Shown: positions 23,881 through 37,100 of the stretch, piece by piece
How positions within the stretch are numbered: the stretch's first letter is position 1
Layout: the number at the start of each line of letters is the position of its first letter
Assembly (NCBI GenBank): GCA_020137815.1
Contig: CM035350.1
Span: 7,130,001 to 7,194,000 of the forward strand
DNA length: 64,000 bases
DNA from: Hormiphora californensis
Taxonomy: Eukaryota > Animalia > Ctenophora
Reading direction: 5' to 3'
Notes under the pieces: generated by a model
What the model saw: the letters and a program-made list of their open reading frames with translations, nothing else
Told to the model about the DNA's origin: nothing
The model's database searches: none
Translations under genes and position numbers: made by a program

Positions 23881-24581
23881 ATCAGTCAGTTATAGACAGA
23901 CAAACAAACGCTGAACAAGAGCTTGGTAGAACGCCGGCTTAGTATCACCAACCAGCCAACATTGAACAAACAGACACACAAATAGACTGGGAACCAGGTG
24001 TTTTAGCTGATTCACACTATAAGCTGATCTTCACTAACATTCTACCATCTCCGAATCTCGCTGTTTTTACTATCTCTCATCGCGTGGCCTAAATGACTGA
24101 GTATCATTGCTTTAACAGATGGTGTGAGAGATTGTGCACATGATGGGCTGCATGGGAGTCCTCCTCACCCACAGATTTGACTTGTAGAAACCAGCGTCAC
24201 TTGCACTCGCTCTGGCACTCTCGCCCAGGGCCCTTCTAATAGCGCTTGTTCTCAGGCAACGATTTGAACACGTAAAATAGTCGAACTTAGATACAAAGTA
24301 GTTTGTGAATGGTGAAAATGAAGAAACTCACTTTTCAATCATTCTGTACCAATAAAAAACTCATTTTTATAAAGTGCTGCAATGATGAGTTACACAAATA
24401 ATCTCTGCCTCTCCATATCCCTCTCCATATCTCTCTCTGTTTGTATGCTGTGAAACGACCAAATTAGAAAATTCAGGGCTCTAGTCTCTACCATAATCAA
24501 TTGTTTCCTATTTACAAGTCCATGCTCTCTTTATTGTTATCGATCTTGAATCATTGGATTGCTCCCGGCAGAGGGGGTTGG

Positions 24582-24713
24582 TCACGCTGGTAGATTGAGT
24601 CGGTAGAAAAACAGGCCCCACCGTCTTTTCAATGTAACATGTGAGCTCCATCTGTCGAAAGAGTACACATTTCGCACAGCCCTCATTTCTACCGACTCAG
24701 TCTACCAACGCGA
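24582..24713. mobile_element. Small hairpin/MITE with about 27-bp inverted repeats
   Basis: CGCTGGTAGATTGAGTCGGTAGAAA ... TTTCTACCGACTCAGTCTACCAACG. Confidence 0.55.
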
Positions 24714-24819
24714 TTTTCCCGACCTCGTAATCCGCCCTGTAACTCTCACCACACCATTACTCATTCGTAAAAAGTCCGTCATTCCCTCTCTCCCTTTCTA
24801 TTTTTTCCAAATCCCAAGT

Positions 24820-25014
24820 CTATTTGTCCTCTTTCTTTTCCTCTCCATCTTCCTTCTTGTCTCCTGAATCGTCATCAGGCACGGGCTTGGTTGTGATATT
24901 CCAGTACTTCTGAGGGCAACAGATCAGATCAAAGGCGAAACAACAAATTGGAACCTCATCCTCCATTTCTGAGATCCGATCATCCTCTACAGATTTGTTT
25001 TCAGCATCGGCCAT
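24820..25014 (-). CDS. Putative 64-aa acidic microprotein with two CC pairs
   Basis: CAAA-ATG-G start context, upstream acceptor-like ttctctctaccaag, protein-like composition (MADAENKSVEDD...PICCFAFDLICCPQKYW...). Confidence 0.45.
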   Translation of the reverse strand: MADAENKSVEDDRISEMEDEVPICCFAFDLICCPQKYWNITTKPVPDDDSGDKKEDGEEKKEDK

Positions 25015-25595
25015 TTTGGGAGGGAGGGGGATGTAGGGAGACCTTGGTAGAGAGAATTGGTGTTATAAGTTTATTATTCAAGCTAAGCCTACATATATGG
25101 CATGAGGGCAATTGCCTACATATAGGGCATGAGGGCAATTGCCAGTATCAGTTTACAAGACATATAAAGGCATCAAAGAAGAGTCTTTGAGAAGCAGGAA
25201 ATGGGTTAAGGTTCCCGGAAGTCGTTAGTTGATAACTAGGAAAACTTGATTTAGGGCACGGTGACAATCAAAACAAAGCAAGGGTGATAAGGGAGGGTTG
25301 TACAGAGAGATTACAGGGTGTCTAAAAATAATCAATCACACACACACAAGGGAAGAGAGGTAGTCAAAGAGAGAAAGGGGACCCTGCACTGTACGCGCTC
25401 TGCTTGCACCTGTAGCATTTCCTGCAAACTCACACACTGGTAGAGAGGGAGAGAGAAAGATAGAGAAAGAGGGTGAGAGAGAGAGAAAAAGAGAGAAAGA
25501 GAGCGAAAGAGAGAGACATATAAAGATGAATCGAGGGGACTAGAGGAATAGATAGAGAGAAGGGTATAGAATGGGAGATAAAGAGAGTGAGAGAT

Positions 25596-25652
<57 letters not shown>

Positions 25653-25980
25653 GCAAGAGGGAGATAGAGAGATAGAGATGGATTAAAGATGGGTAAGAGA
25701 GATTGTTTGTGACAGAACGTTTGACGAAGACATAAAGCTAGAGGGAGTGGCAAAAAGAGATTGACAGAGGGTAATCGGGGCGGTCGATTGTTTGAAGCTG
25801 ACTTATGGAGTAATTTTAGGATAACTAGGAATTGAACTTCTTGCATGTCTAGGTTTGATGTCATTGTCTACTACTGCAGCTCCGTTTGTCTGTTTTTCAT
25901 TCTCCTTCCTTTTCTTTCGCAGGATGATACAATATTTTTCTACTCACCCACCATTTTCATAGAATGACAGAAGCTGGTAT

Positions 25981-28026
25981 ATGCACCGTGTGTTTCCTTC
26001 CCTGTTGAAAAAAGTCCCCCCTCAATTCCTTATGGCCGTGGCAGGGGTGCAGGTTGTGGGCGGTACGCCCGCCATACCTCCCTCTCTCCTCTACACCGAC
26101 TCCAACAATAGGGGCTTCCTGATTAACGCGGGAGAGGGTATACAACGGATGATATTGGAGAGCCCGGGGTTGAGGATAGCCAATATCACTGATATCATAA
26201 CCACTAGAACTCACTGGGACTGTGTGGCCTCTGTCCCGGGTATCGGGCTGTTTAGGAGGGATCAGCTGGCCCAGAGTGCTAACAGTACCGCCCTCACGGT
26301 GTGGGGAGAGGAGCCCGTCAGAAGATTCATGAGATCAACTCAGCTGGATTGTTTTGCGGACGAGAGGGGCTTTGAGCGTCATATCATGGTGAAAGATGTG
26401 GATGACTTGGAGGCTATTGGCGATGTTAGAGTAGAGAGAAGGAGTGTTGGGAATTCTAAAATCCTCGCTTTTTCCCTGCCCCAGAAAAGTGCGACTATCG
26501 ACAAGGCAAAGTTAGCGAAAGCCAATATTCCAAAAACTCTACGTTCGGCGTTATTCAAGAAAGGTGAAGTTACCTTAGAGAATGGAACTATCGTGAGAAA
26601 AAGTGACTTGTTGGAACAACCCGAACCTGCCCCTTTCTTCACTGTACTGGATATTGGAAGCAAAGACGATATCTCCCAAATAGCTGGCACTGATCTGGAT
26701 AGTTTGTTTCCAGGAGGCCAACTCCACCTAGTTGCACACTTTGGGGATATGTCTGTGCTGTGCAGTGACCAGTACCGTGACTTCCTCTCTAGCCAGCCTG
26801 TAGACCATCTGATCATGTGTAGGAACCCCACCTCTAATATTCTGTTCACGTGTATGCAGCGTAATGCAATCCTCAGCTCCATACTTCCCCTGGTACCCCT
26901 CTACTCACCTTCTAGCACTGACTTCGATGCCCTTACCTCCCCTCTCTCTGACCTCCCCTTTGTGAGATTTTCCGAACATTTGCTTAGGTACAACTTGTAT
27001 AGTGGCCGGAAGACCCCGCTAGGCTGGTCTGAAACCTTTGTTATTCCGTCCAACCCTGATTTTCAAACTGAAATCGCCCTTGCTAAGAAAGTCTACCAGC
27101 CTGCGGAGAGGAAACCTAGTCCAAAACGGGTAAAAAGGACTTTCCGGTGCCCAGATTTAACGTTTCTTGGCACAACCTCGACCTACTCATCGACCTATCG
27201 GAATGTCAGTGGAATTCTGCTTGAGTCCCAGGAGTGCACTGCCATACTTGATGCGGGGGAGATGACTCTGGGTCAGCTGATCAGAGTTAGAGGGATGGAG
27301 GGGGCCAGGGAGGTGATTGGGAAACTAAACTTCCTCTATCTATCCCACATCCACTTTGACCACTGTGGCGGCACCATGTCCATAGCTAGATTGTACCATG
27401 AGATGACAGGAGAGCCCCTCACCATCCTATGTCCGGGGAGGATGTTTATCTGGCTGAGAGACACCGCGGAAACTGTCGGTGCTCCTGTTAACCTTATCTC
27501 ACTGGGTGAGTTACACGCTGATCCTGCGATAAGGAAGGATCAGGAGGGAAAGTTGGGGATATCGGGTATTTACCTTGCACCCGCCATGCACACACGCGAT
27601 TCCTGGTGTGTGGCTATTGAGGCGGGAGATTGGAAGGTGGCCTACTCAGGTGACACTCTTCCCAACCCTGAGTTTGTTGCCGCTGGCAAGGATTGTGATG
27701 TCTTGATCCACGAGGCAACTCACCAGAGCTCCCTTGCCGACCAGTCCGCTGCTAAGAAGCACACTACTGTCAGTCAGGCGGTGGAAGTTGGGAGGGAGAT
27801 GGGAGCTAGTTACACCATACTAACACATTTTAGTCTCCGCTACCAAAAACTACCCCCTATCGTGGGGGAGAGCTTCCCTGATAATGTGGCCCTGGCACAC
27901 GATTTTATGTGTGTCACGGAGGGTAACATTGAGACCTGGTGTGGAGCTACCTCCTTCCTTCCATCACTGTTTCCCGAGCAGTACAAGGACCTCATGAAAC
28001 AGTCTGGTGTTAAAGAGAGTTTATAA
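25981..28026 (+). CDS. ELAC2: tRNase Z long form (RNase Z, ELAC2/Trz1), intronless CDS
   Basis: FLINAGEGIQR, FLGTTS..STYRNVS, LDAGEMTLGQL, SHIHFDH (HxHxDH), YSGDT, LIHEAT, HTT, LTHFSLRY. Confidence 0.95.
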   Translation: MHRVFPSLLKKVPPQFLMAVAGVQVVGGTPAIPPSLLYTDSNNRGFLINAGEGIQRMILESPGLRIANITDIITTRTHWDCVASVPGIGLFRRDQLAQSANSTALTVWGEEPVRRFMRSTQLDCFADERGFERHIMVKDVDDLEAIGDVRVERRSVGNSKILAFSLPQKSATIDKAKLAKANIPKTLRSALFKKGEVTLENGTIVRKSDLLEQPEPAPFFTVLDIGSKDDISQIAGTDLDSLFPGGQLHLVAHFGDMSVLCSDQYRDFLSSQPVDHLIMCRNPTSNILFTCMQRNAILSSILPLVPLYSPSSTDFDALTSPLSDLPFVRFSEHLLRYNLYSGRKTPLGWSETFVIPSNPDFQTEIALAKKVYQPAERKPSPKRVKRTFRCPDLTFLGTTSTYSSTYRNVSGILLESQECTAILDAGEMTLGQLIRVRGMEGAREVIGKLNFLYLSHIHFDHCGGTMSIARLYHEMTGEPLTILCPGRMFIWLRDTAETVGAPVNLISLGELHADPAIRKDQEGKLGISGIYLAPAMHTRDSWCVAIEAGDWKVAYSGDTLPNPEFVAAGKDCDVLIHEATHQSSLADQSAAKKHTTVSQAVEVGREMGASYTILTHFSLRYQKLPPIVGESFPDNVALAHDFMCVTEGNIETWCGATSFLPSLFPEQYKDLMKQSGVKESL

Positions 28027-28786
28027 GAGTTTTATATTTGCCGTGGTTTTAACATTCTAATTTATTAACTTTTTATCATTTAACCGTGTTTCTCTTATAT
28101 CTGAACTGTATTAGACCCTAGATCCGCAACCACTAACAACCTTTACATTCCCTCAGTAGTAGAGAAATATGACAACTGAAAAAACTCCCCAATCCCCATT
28201 ATTGGAAAAGTAGGTAGCGTGTAGAATAAAACTGATTAAAAACTGATTTCCTTGTTTACATTTCGAATCTAACCCCGTCCCGCTGCTCGTAGCACAGCCT
28301 AATGGATAAGCGATAGTGTCAGACAACACAACGCACCTTAAGCACCTATCGAGAGGTTTCAAATATTTGATTTTTCGCTGTCAATATATATTGCATGTCC
28401 CCCTCCCAGCTGTTCTACTGAAGCATCTTCTCTATAAATGTGAACACTTTCTTTTCTGAGAAACATGTTAACCTCTGCAATACAGCATTCAAAAGTGTGT
28501 CACTTTGCACAGTTCTGCCCTTAGATAATTCTATCGGAGTTTCAATGTATTCCCTCTAGAAGGGTACTAAACCTGGCGATATATAATATCCATAACTGGA
28601 TCTATCTATACCTAGTGATGTACTCCATAACTGGATCTATCTATACCTAGTGATATTAACCGGGGGTTTGTTTCAGGAAAGAGCCGAAACTCATGGATGA
28701 TGGATACCAATCAATTAACAGAAGTAATGATCACATAGGGGATACCTCCTTTACACCGTATGTAGTGTATTTGTTCATCATTATAT

Positions 28787-31691
28787 TCGCAAAAGGCAAG
28801 CTTCCCCTCGTCCGACCCGAAGTTGGAATCATATGGGTTTAGTTTGTCGAACCGGCAAGTTGCTAACATGTTTCAAATCTTCACTACTTCTCAAATGATC
28901 CCATACTTTCAGTCTAATCCCAAAATCCTATTAAAAATAGAGACAAAAATAACGGAACCAAACTGTGAAATGCCCTTGCATTAGTGCGAGTAGAATAAAA
29001 TCAATTTTCTATCTAAAGGCCGAGTTTATAGCAAGAAAGGACTATTTTACAACGAATTCTCTGGTTAGTATGGTAACCAACTCCGTTGTCATGGTAAATC
29101 AATCGAACTCTATCGAGTTCTATCGCCAGCAACTGGATGAAAATTTATCCATTTCATTATGCACAATGCACAGGCTTTGGTTACGAAGTTACCCCTTGCC
29201 AGCGTGTGCACGCGAAGGTCGCCCGGCGACAGAGTGTGAGGTGTCTTCGATACCAAGCACAGGCTTGTGTAACAAAAAGGGGCGTTTTTATAGCTTATTG
29301 TTCATCATAACCTGAAATAAATAATTTTCATTACTTTCACAAAGGCTCAAAGTTTGAATATCAAATTTGCCAAAACTGTGCAGGGGCAAATTGGTGCAGG
29401 GGCAAAAGTTTTAATTGATTATAATTAATTAATTAATTAGAAAATCAAAAATCCGGCTCCGTTATGACTCGTAGTTATACTACTAGAACATACATGCAAA
29501 GTTTCATTTCGAAATTTCAAACGGTGTGGCCACAGTTTGAATATCAAAGTTGCAAAAAATGTGCATGGGCAAACAAAATGGTGCAAGGGCACATGTTCAG
29601 GGGAAATTTGCACAAATTGTGCAGGGGCAAATTTTAATTAATTTGCCTATAATTAATTACCTAATTGATATATTAATCATACGGCTCTTCTAGTACTCGT
29701 AGTTATGCTACTAGAACATGCATAGAAAGTTTCGTGTCAAAATATTAAACGGTGTGGACACAGTTCGATCATAAAATTGGTGCAAGGGCTGCCCTTGCAC
29801 CATTTGCCCTTGCACATTGCCTGCCCTTGCACCAAATTCCATTTTTTGCACGGCTCTAACTAACTAATTAATTAATTTTGACTATTCCCACTTTTCGAAC
29901 ATCATCTTTTATGATTGAAGAACATTCCTACAAAGTTTCAAGTCGATATTTTAAGCAGAACGGAAAATAGAATTTGGTGCAAGGGCGCGGTGCAAGGGAC
30001 AGAACACGCAATGTGCAGGGGCACGGTGCCCTTGCACCGTTTTTAATTACATATAATTAATTAATTAATTAAAAATTCAAAAATCCGCCAACGTCATGAC
30101 ACAAAGGAATACTACAAGAACATGCCTACAAAATTTCAAGTCGATATCTCAAACGGTGTGGCCACAATCGTTGACATGTTTTTTGCCCCCCCCCCCCCCC
30201 CAAAAAAAGACCTTTCTTTGTTCTTTATGTTCGCAAAAGGCAAGCTTCCCCTCGTCCGACCCGAAGTTGGAATCATATGGGTTTAGTTTGTCGAACCGGC
30301 AAGTTGCTAACATTTTCAAATCTTCACTACTTCTCAAATGATCCCATACTTTCAGTCTAATCCCAAAATCCTATTAAAAATAGAGACAAAAATAACGGCA
30401 CCAAACTGTGAAATGCCCTTGCATTAGTGCGAGTAGAATAAAATCAATTTTCTATCTAAAGGCCGAGTTTATAGCAAGAAAGGACTATTTCACAACGAAT
30501 TCTCTGGTTAGTATGGTAACCAACTCCGTTGTCATGGTAAATCAATCGAACTCTATCGAGTTCTATCGCCAGCAACTGGATGAAAATTTATCCATTTCAT
30601 TATGCACAATGCACAGGCTTTGGTTACGAAGTTACCCCTTGCCAGCGTGTGCACGCGAAGGTCGCCCGGCGACAGAGTGTGAGGTGTCTTCGATACCAAG
30701 CACAGGCTTGTGTAACAAAAAGGGGCGTTTTTATAGCTTATTGTTCATCATAACCTGAAATAAATAATTTTCATTACTTTCACAAAGGCTCAAAGTTTGA
30801 ATATCAAATTTGCCAAAATTGTGCAGGGGCCACCCCAAAATTAATCTCTAAGTAATTAATTAATTAATTTTGACTATTCCCACTTTCTGTAGATTATATT
30901 ATATGTTTTATGCATGAAGAACATTCCTAGAAAGTTTCAAGTCGATATTTTAAGCAGAACGGAAAATATAATTTAGTGCATGGGCAAACAAAATGGTGCA
31001 AGGGCACATGTTCAGGGGAAATTTGCACAAATTGTGCAAGGGCAAATTTTGATTAATTTGCCTATAATTAATTACCTAATTGATATATTAATCATACGGC
31101 TCTTCTAGTACTCGTAGTTATGCTACTAGAACATGCATAGAAAGTTTCGTGTCAAAATATTAAACGGTGTGGACACAGTTCGATCATAAAATTGGTGCAA
31201 GGGCTGCCCTTGCACCATTTGCCCTTGCACATTGCCTGCCCTTGCACCAAATTCCATTTTTTGCACGGCTCTAACTAACTAATTAATTAATTTTGACTAT
31301 TCCCACTTTTCGAACATCATCTTTTATGATTGAAGAACATTCCTACAAAGTTTCAAGTCGATATTTTAAGCAGAACGGAAAATAGAATTTGGTGCAAGGG
31401 CGCGGTGCAAGGGACAGAACACGCAATGTGCAAGGGCACGGTGCCCTTGCACCATTTTTAATTACCTATAATTAATTAATTAATTAAAAATTCAAAAATC
31501 CGCCAACGTCATGACACAAAGGAATACTACAAGAACATGCCTACAAAATTTCAAGTCGATATCTCAAACGGTGTGGCCACAATCGTTGACATGTTTTTTG
31601 CCCCCCCCCCCCCCCCCCCCAAAAAAAAAGACCTTTCTTTGTTCTTAATGATCGCAAAAGGCAAGCTTCCCCTCGTCCGACCCGAAGTTGG
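28787..31691. mobile_element. Two tandem units of about 1.43 kb plus a third end motif; non-autonomous Helentron-associated (HINE/DINE-like) repeat with internal subrepeats
   Basis: TCGCAAAAGGCAAGCTTCCCCTCGTCCGACCCGAAGTTGG at 28787, 30231 and 31652; repeated AGAACAT.C..A.AAAGTTTCAAGTCGATAT cores and GTGCAAGGGC motifs. Confidence 0.65.
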
Positions 31692-32071
31692 GAGATTCGT
31701 CGAAACAGCAACCTTCAGGCTGTTAAAATATTTTTTGACGCACGGCGGCCTGTCCCTTGATTAAAAAATTCGACTTTAGCAATTTTATCTGGAAACGACT
31801 TTTCAAGATCAAACTCGACAAAACAGCCGCGCGCATCCCGTGTCCACTTTTAATAATTGCGCGGCTTTTCATGGCGTCTTAAATGACCATATCTCGCGCG
31901 ATACTTATAGTCGAATTTTTTATTTAAGCAACAGGCCGCCGCGCACTCCTAATTATCGTCGAATGTCACTGACACTGAGGTCAGACAGGGTTGAAACATT
32001 CCACAAATTGAAATTGTCAGATATGATGAACAAAAGAAACTTGAGGAATCATACACGCATCATCAAAATAA

Positions 32072-32256
32072 AATTACACACATATATCCCCTGGCGTGCT
32101 ACACAATGTCCCATTGTCTGCTAAAATTACACACATATATCCCCTGGCGTGCTACACAATGTCCCATTGTCTGCTAAAATTACACAAACATCCCCTGGCG
32201 TGCTACACAATGTCCCATTGTCTGCTAAAATTACACAAACATCCCCTGGCGTGCTT
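32072..32256. repeat. About 50-bp minisatellite, about 3.5 copies
   Basis: AATTACACA..ATCCCCTGGCGTGCTACACAATGTCCCATTGTCTGCTAA repeated. Confidence 0.9.
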
Positions 32257-32365
32257 CACGGCGTCCTCACATCTCCCGGTCTGCTACATCTCGTGTTCCA
32301 CAAATAATTATGAGTACCAATCAATTAGGATCAGCATTTCATTAATCATCCCAGTGCTCCTAAGG

Positions 32366-33047
32366 TCCATCCGCTTTCTTATAGTTCTATTATCTGTAAA
32401 TAGAAAGTCGTGTTATATATCGAGTACATCAGGAAACACCTGATAGAGGTTAGTTAAGCGGTGATGTCACGGGGTTAGCTGTCACCCATATTACTCCTTG
32501 AGGTAACTTAATCGCCCAATAAGGGGGTGTATAGAGCACCAGGGATAGCACATGTAGCAACAACTATCTATTTAAACACCTCTATCGTGTGCAATACAAG
32601 TGAATTAGGCTACTCTGACCACGGCTAAAACAGAAACTAACATCACTGTTTGTCAATTTAGTTCCTGTGATTGTCATGGGTAAAACTAGAGTCACATGTG
32701 AAAAGATCTCTCACTTTCAACCAACCCCATGCGTGATTGTCTTACCGGCTGAATAAAGAGCGGTTGATAAAGAAGAGACATAGTTACTACCCCAACTGAG
32801 ACATCACATAGGGTAAACCGGAACAAGTGATGCCAGATTGGACCTGGGGGGGGGGGGGAGCGGCGTTATATCGAAATAAAGGTCTCTACATTGCTGTATA
32901 AATTGTAGAGAATTTTCCCTGTACCTTATTTCCCGAAGGGGTTGTGCGAGAATCAGCTGAGGTCCCAGCAACTACAGTTTACTGCATTTGATCCAATCCA
33001 CGCATTGTCAGTGTTTCGCAGAATATACAAATAACCGTTGTATATAC

Positions 33048-33110
<63 letters not shown>

Positions 33111-33924
33111 TTTCAACTATCAGTTACTCTAACAAAAGCACAACCCTACCCCCATCCTGCCTAACACGTACCTACGTCTTCTCCAGCATTCATCACCCGA
33201 ACTTATTCTTTTGATAACATCACGACACAGACTGGGTACATCCATTCGCTTTCTTGTAGTTCTATTATCTGTAAATAGAAAGTCGTGTTATATATCGAGT
33301 ACATCAGGAAACACCTGATAGAGGTTAGTTAAGCGGTGATGTCACGGGGTTAGCTGTCACCCATATTACTCCTAGAGGTAACTTAATCGCCCAATAAGGG
33401 GGTGTATAGAGCACCAGGGATAGCACATGTAGCAACAACTATCTATTTAAACACCTCTATCGTGTGCAATACAAGTGAATTAGGCTACTCTGACCACGGC
33501 TAAAACAGAAAATAACATCACTGTTTGTCAATTTAGTTCCTGTGATTGTCATGGGTAAAACTAGAGTCACATGTGAAAAGATCTCTCACTTTCAACCAAC
33601 CCCATGCGTGATTGTCTTACCGGCTGAATAAAGAGCGGTTGATAAAGAAGAGACATAGTTACTACCCCAACTGAGACATCACATAGGGTAAACCGGAACA
33701 AGTGATGCCAGATTGGACCTGGGGGGGGGGGGGGGGCGGCGTTATATCGAAATAAAGGTCTCTACATTGCTGTATAAATTGTGGAGAATTTTCCCTGTAC
33801 CTTATTTCCCGAAGGGGTTGTGCGAGAATCAGCTGAGGTCCCAGCAACTACAGTTTACTGCATTTGATCCAATCCACGCATTGTCAGTGTTCGCAGAATA
33901 TACAAATAACCGTTGTATATACCT

Positions 33925-33963
<39 letters not shown>

Positions 33964-34093
33964 TTTCAACTATCAGTTACTCTAACAAAAGCACAACCCT
34001 GCCCCCATCCTGCCTAACACGTACCTACGTCTTCTCCAGCATTCATCACCCGAACTTATTCTTTTGAGAACATCACGACACAGACTGGGTACA
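32366..34093. repeat. About 875-bp direct tandem duplication directly downstream of the RepHel stop
   Basis: 32366-33240 is nearly identical to 33241-34093; differences are mainly in G-run and GA-run lengths. Confidence 0.9.
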
Positions 34094-34145
34094 GACTATT
34101 AGAGAAACATGAAGCTGCATTCATACTTAACCACCAACACCAGCC

Positions 34146-37100
34146 TCAACCATAAATGTTACCCCTTTTTTTCTTCATTTTTATACCAGAATGAGCAGGG
34201 TCAAAATGACCCCGCGGGTGGTCTATGTAAAGTGCCATTCTTAGGACATCCGTATCAAACATTTTTCCATTCAACATATTTCTTTTCTCCCAGAGCATAC
34301 AATTTAAAGTCTGATCAAGCCATTGTTTATAATGTTCCCTTTCATAAAGATAAATTTTAGTATTAAGCATACACGCTGTTGCTTCGATGACTAGATTATC
34401 TGCCCAATCATTTTCTATCCTCTTGATGTAAGACTCCAGTGAATCATCATTCATTACTGGATGGTTCAGTAGTACATACTCCACAACTACGGAATTTGAC
34501 CTCATAAATTCAATAATGTTTTTCTTGACCATTGCATGGTTTTCTTCTGTTCCCGTCACAATATAGGATATAGATCTATACCAGCAGTTCCCATCTCCTA
34601 TCACTTTTTTTTTAATAATTGGCTCAGAATTAGTATTTAAGCCATATAAATAATCACTAGCTTTTGATTTTTTCATTTTTGATAAATCGAAGTTTAGACC
34701 TTGACAAACAACCGCTTGCCATACATGATCAACCGGAGTGTAATCGATCAGCTTTTTCTGATCTTTTAACACTATCAACTCATCAGATTCAACATTGACA
34801 TCTCCAATAACGGTGACTCCAGGTCTTTTTCCAGGTCTTTTTTCATATTTTTTTCTTACTTTAGTATTTTCTGCTTTCTCAGTACTCACACTAGGCAATA
34901 CTTTATTACGCTTAGAGGCGTTTTCAATCGCATCACAAGCATTATAAGACAAACCTCTTTTGTTATTATTCATAATCCCCTTGGCATTTTTCAAACGTTT
35001 AGCATTATTAACATCACCAACAGTAGATTCCAACACCCTTTTAGCATGCAACTGAGAATATGGCTGATACCAAACACGTTCTGGAATATGGGCAAGCCCC
35101 TTCTCTATAACGTTGAACCTTTTATCAAAGGTCTCATCATGTTTTAAATATTCTCTACATGCACGATTAGAGGCACTAATCCTAGAAACATTCAAATTTA
35201 TCAAGAACAACCCCTGCATAGATGTACACCTCGACAATGCAACATATAACATGGCCGGTCCAAATAACGTCGAACCTCCGTCCACTATCACACAGTCAAG
35301 AGAAAGACTTTGACTCTTATGAATTGTTATTGCATAAGCAACTACAACAGGGAACATACTACGTTTAACAACACATTTCTTCAAAGGATGTATATTCCTC
35401 TCTATTCTCTCAATTTCTTGCACTTCTTCCAGACAATCAAATTTAATAAATAATTTATCAACTACCTTACTACTGTAAGAAATACTTTTTACAACACCTA
35501 ATGCTCCATTGACTAGGCCTTTTTTTGCATTTTTATTAACTCTAAGCATGACTCTTGATCCAACCGACAGAGTTAATTTACCATCAAGACCAGCAGTTTC
35601 TCTATCATCCATGTTTTCCATTGCATTTTTAACCTCTTTTAACATGTCTTTTTTACAATATGGGATGTCGATAGCATGAATAACAACACCTATCTCACCT
35701 TTTGCCGCCATTACGAGATTATTAAAATCTTCACACATTGATTTTCTGGGTAACAAGCATATCGGGTTTTTTCCCTCCATTTCCAAGTCAATGAACTTTG
35801 TTACAACTTTATCAGTATAAGACAAGTCCTTCCTTTTATCTAACTTTGATATTAATCTATTACACAACAAATCATAATCAGATCTTGCCATATTTCCAAA
35901 TCTCAACTTATTAAGAAGATTTCTCCAAATTGTATTGTGGTCGCCAGATTGCCTATGGTTTTTGGTAAGTTGTAACATTTCGAATAATTTCCATAATTCA
36001 TACACAACCGGTATCCCACAAGAAATATTTTGCATCTGCGATTCCTTGAGTGGAACGTAAGGCGGATTAGCCCGGACAGGTTCCAATTGCATTAAATCTC
36101 CAAATAACAACATTGGGATTCCCCCAAAAGCAGAATTATCATCAAAAATTTCTGTCATTCTCTGGTGGATTCTGTACAACATCTTGTTACTTACCATGGA
36201 ACACTCGTCTATTATATGTCCACATGCGTTAGAATAAGCTGCCTGCATCATAACACATTTTCTCTGATCTAGACTAACATACTTCTTTAAATTATTGTCA
36301 ACCGGGATGGACCATATTGAATGCAAGGTTCTACCACCAACATTAAAGCTAGCAATACCGGTAGGAGCACCTAGGATAATGTCACATCTATGATTTTTCT
36401 CTACCATTTGAACATATTGGAAACCCATTATAGCACGTATAAGAAACGATTTTCCGACACCAGCACCTCCAGTAACAAATAAATATAATGGCTTAAAATC
36501 CTTACACATACACTCATTACTTATATGTTTTGAACGATGGAAAACATTTTCTGTAAACAAATCATATACTTTACGCTGTTCGTCTCCTAATTTATCAACC
36601 ATTTCTATCAATTCCTTTTCAGTGAAACTATTATCACCCGCATTTACTTCTACAACATCATTTCCATCTGACCCAATATTTTCAGAAGTTTGATTTTTAT
36701 TCTTATTTTTTAGTAATGGATACTCTGCTGCAATTGCCTGGCAAGTTTTCAAAGTTATATCTAATCTCATTTTTTTCTTTTCAAAATATCGTCTCACCTC
36801 GTTTTCCATTTCAGGATAACTTGCCTTAATCCTATTAAACTCATCTTCGAATGAATTAGATTTGCCAATTAATGTATTTTCTATTACCCATGGCTTATAG
36901 AGCAATAGAAACTTGTAATAAAAACCTTCTGGGTTAGTAATGGGATCTATATTTGGAAATGTTAACACTAGACTTTGTAATTCATCTACACTTCTAGGTC
37001 CCATGAAACCTTCTTCATTTTTCAACCTTATTAACTGTTTCCTACGATCAACATTCATAGATTTTGCAAGACTATTATTCACCCTTTTAAATTTTTTCGC

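Noticed and set aside
23411-23942. Five repeat-protein ORFs
   Set aside because: Artefacts of a stop-poor 36-bp minisatellite.
24114-24335. GC-richer patch with a short minus-strand open frame and a nearby GTGAGT donor
   Set aside because: No recognisable product or consistent exon structure.
28965-30758. Two identical 116-aa ORFs
   Set aside because: GTG starts inside a recent tandem duplication; identity reflects the duplication, with no domain signal.
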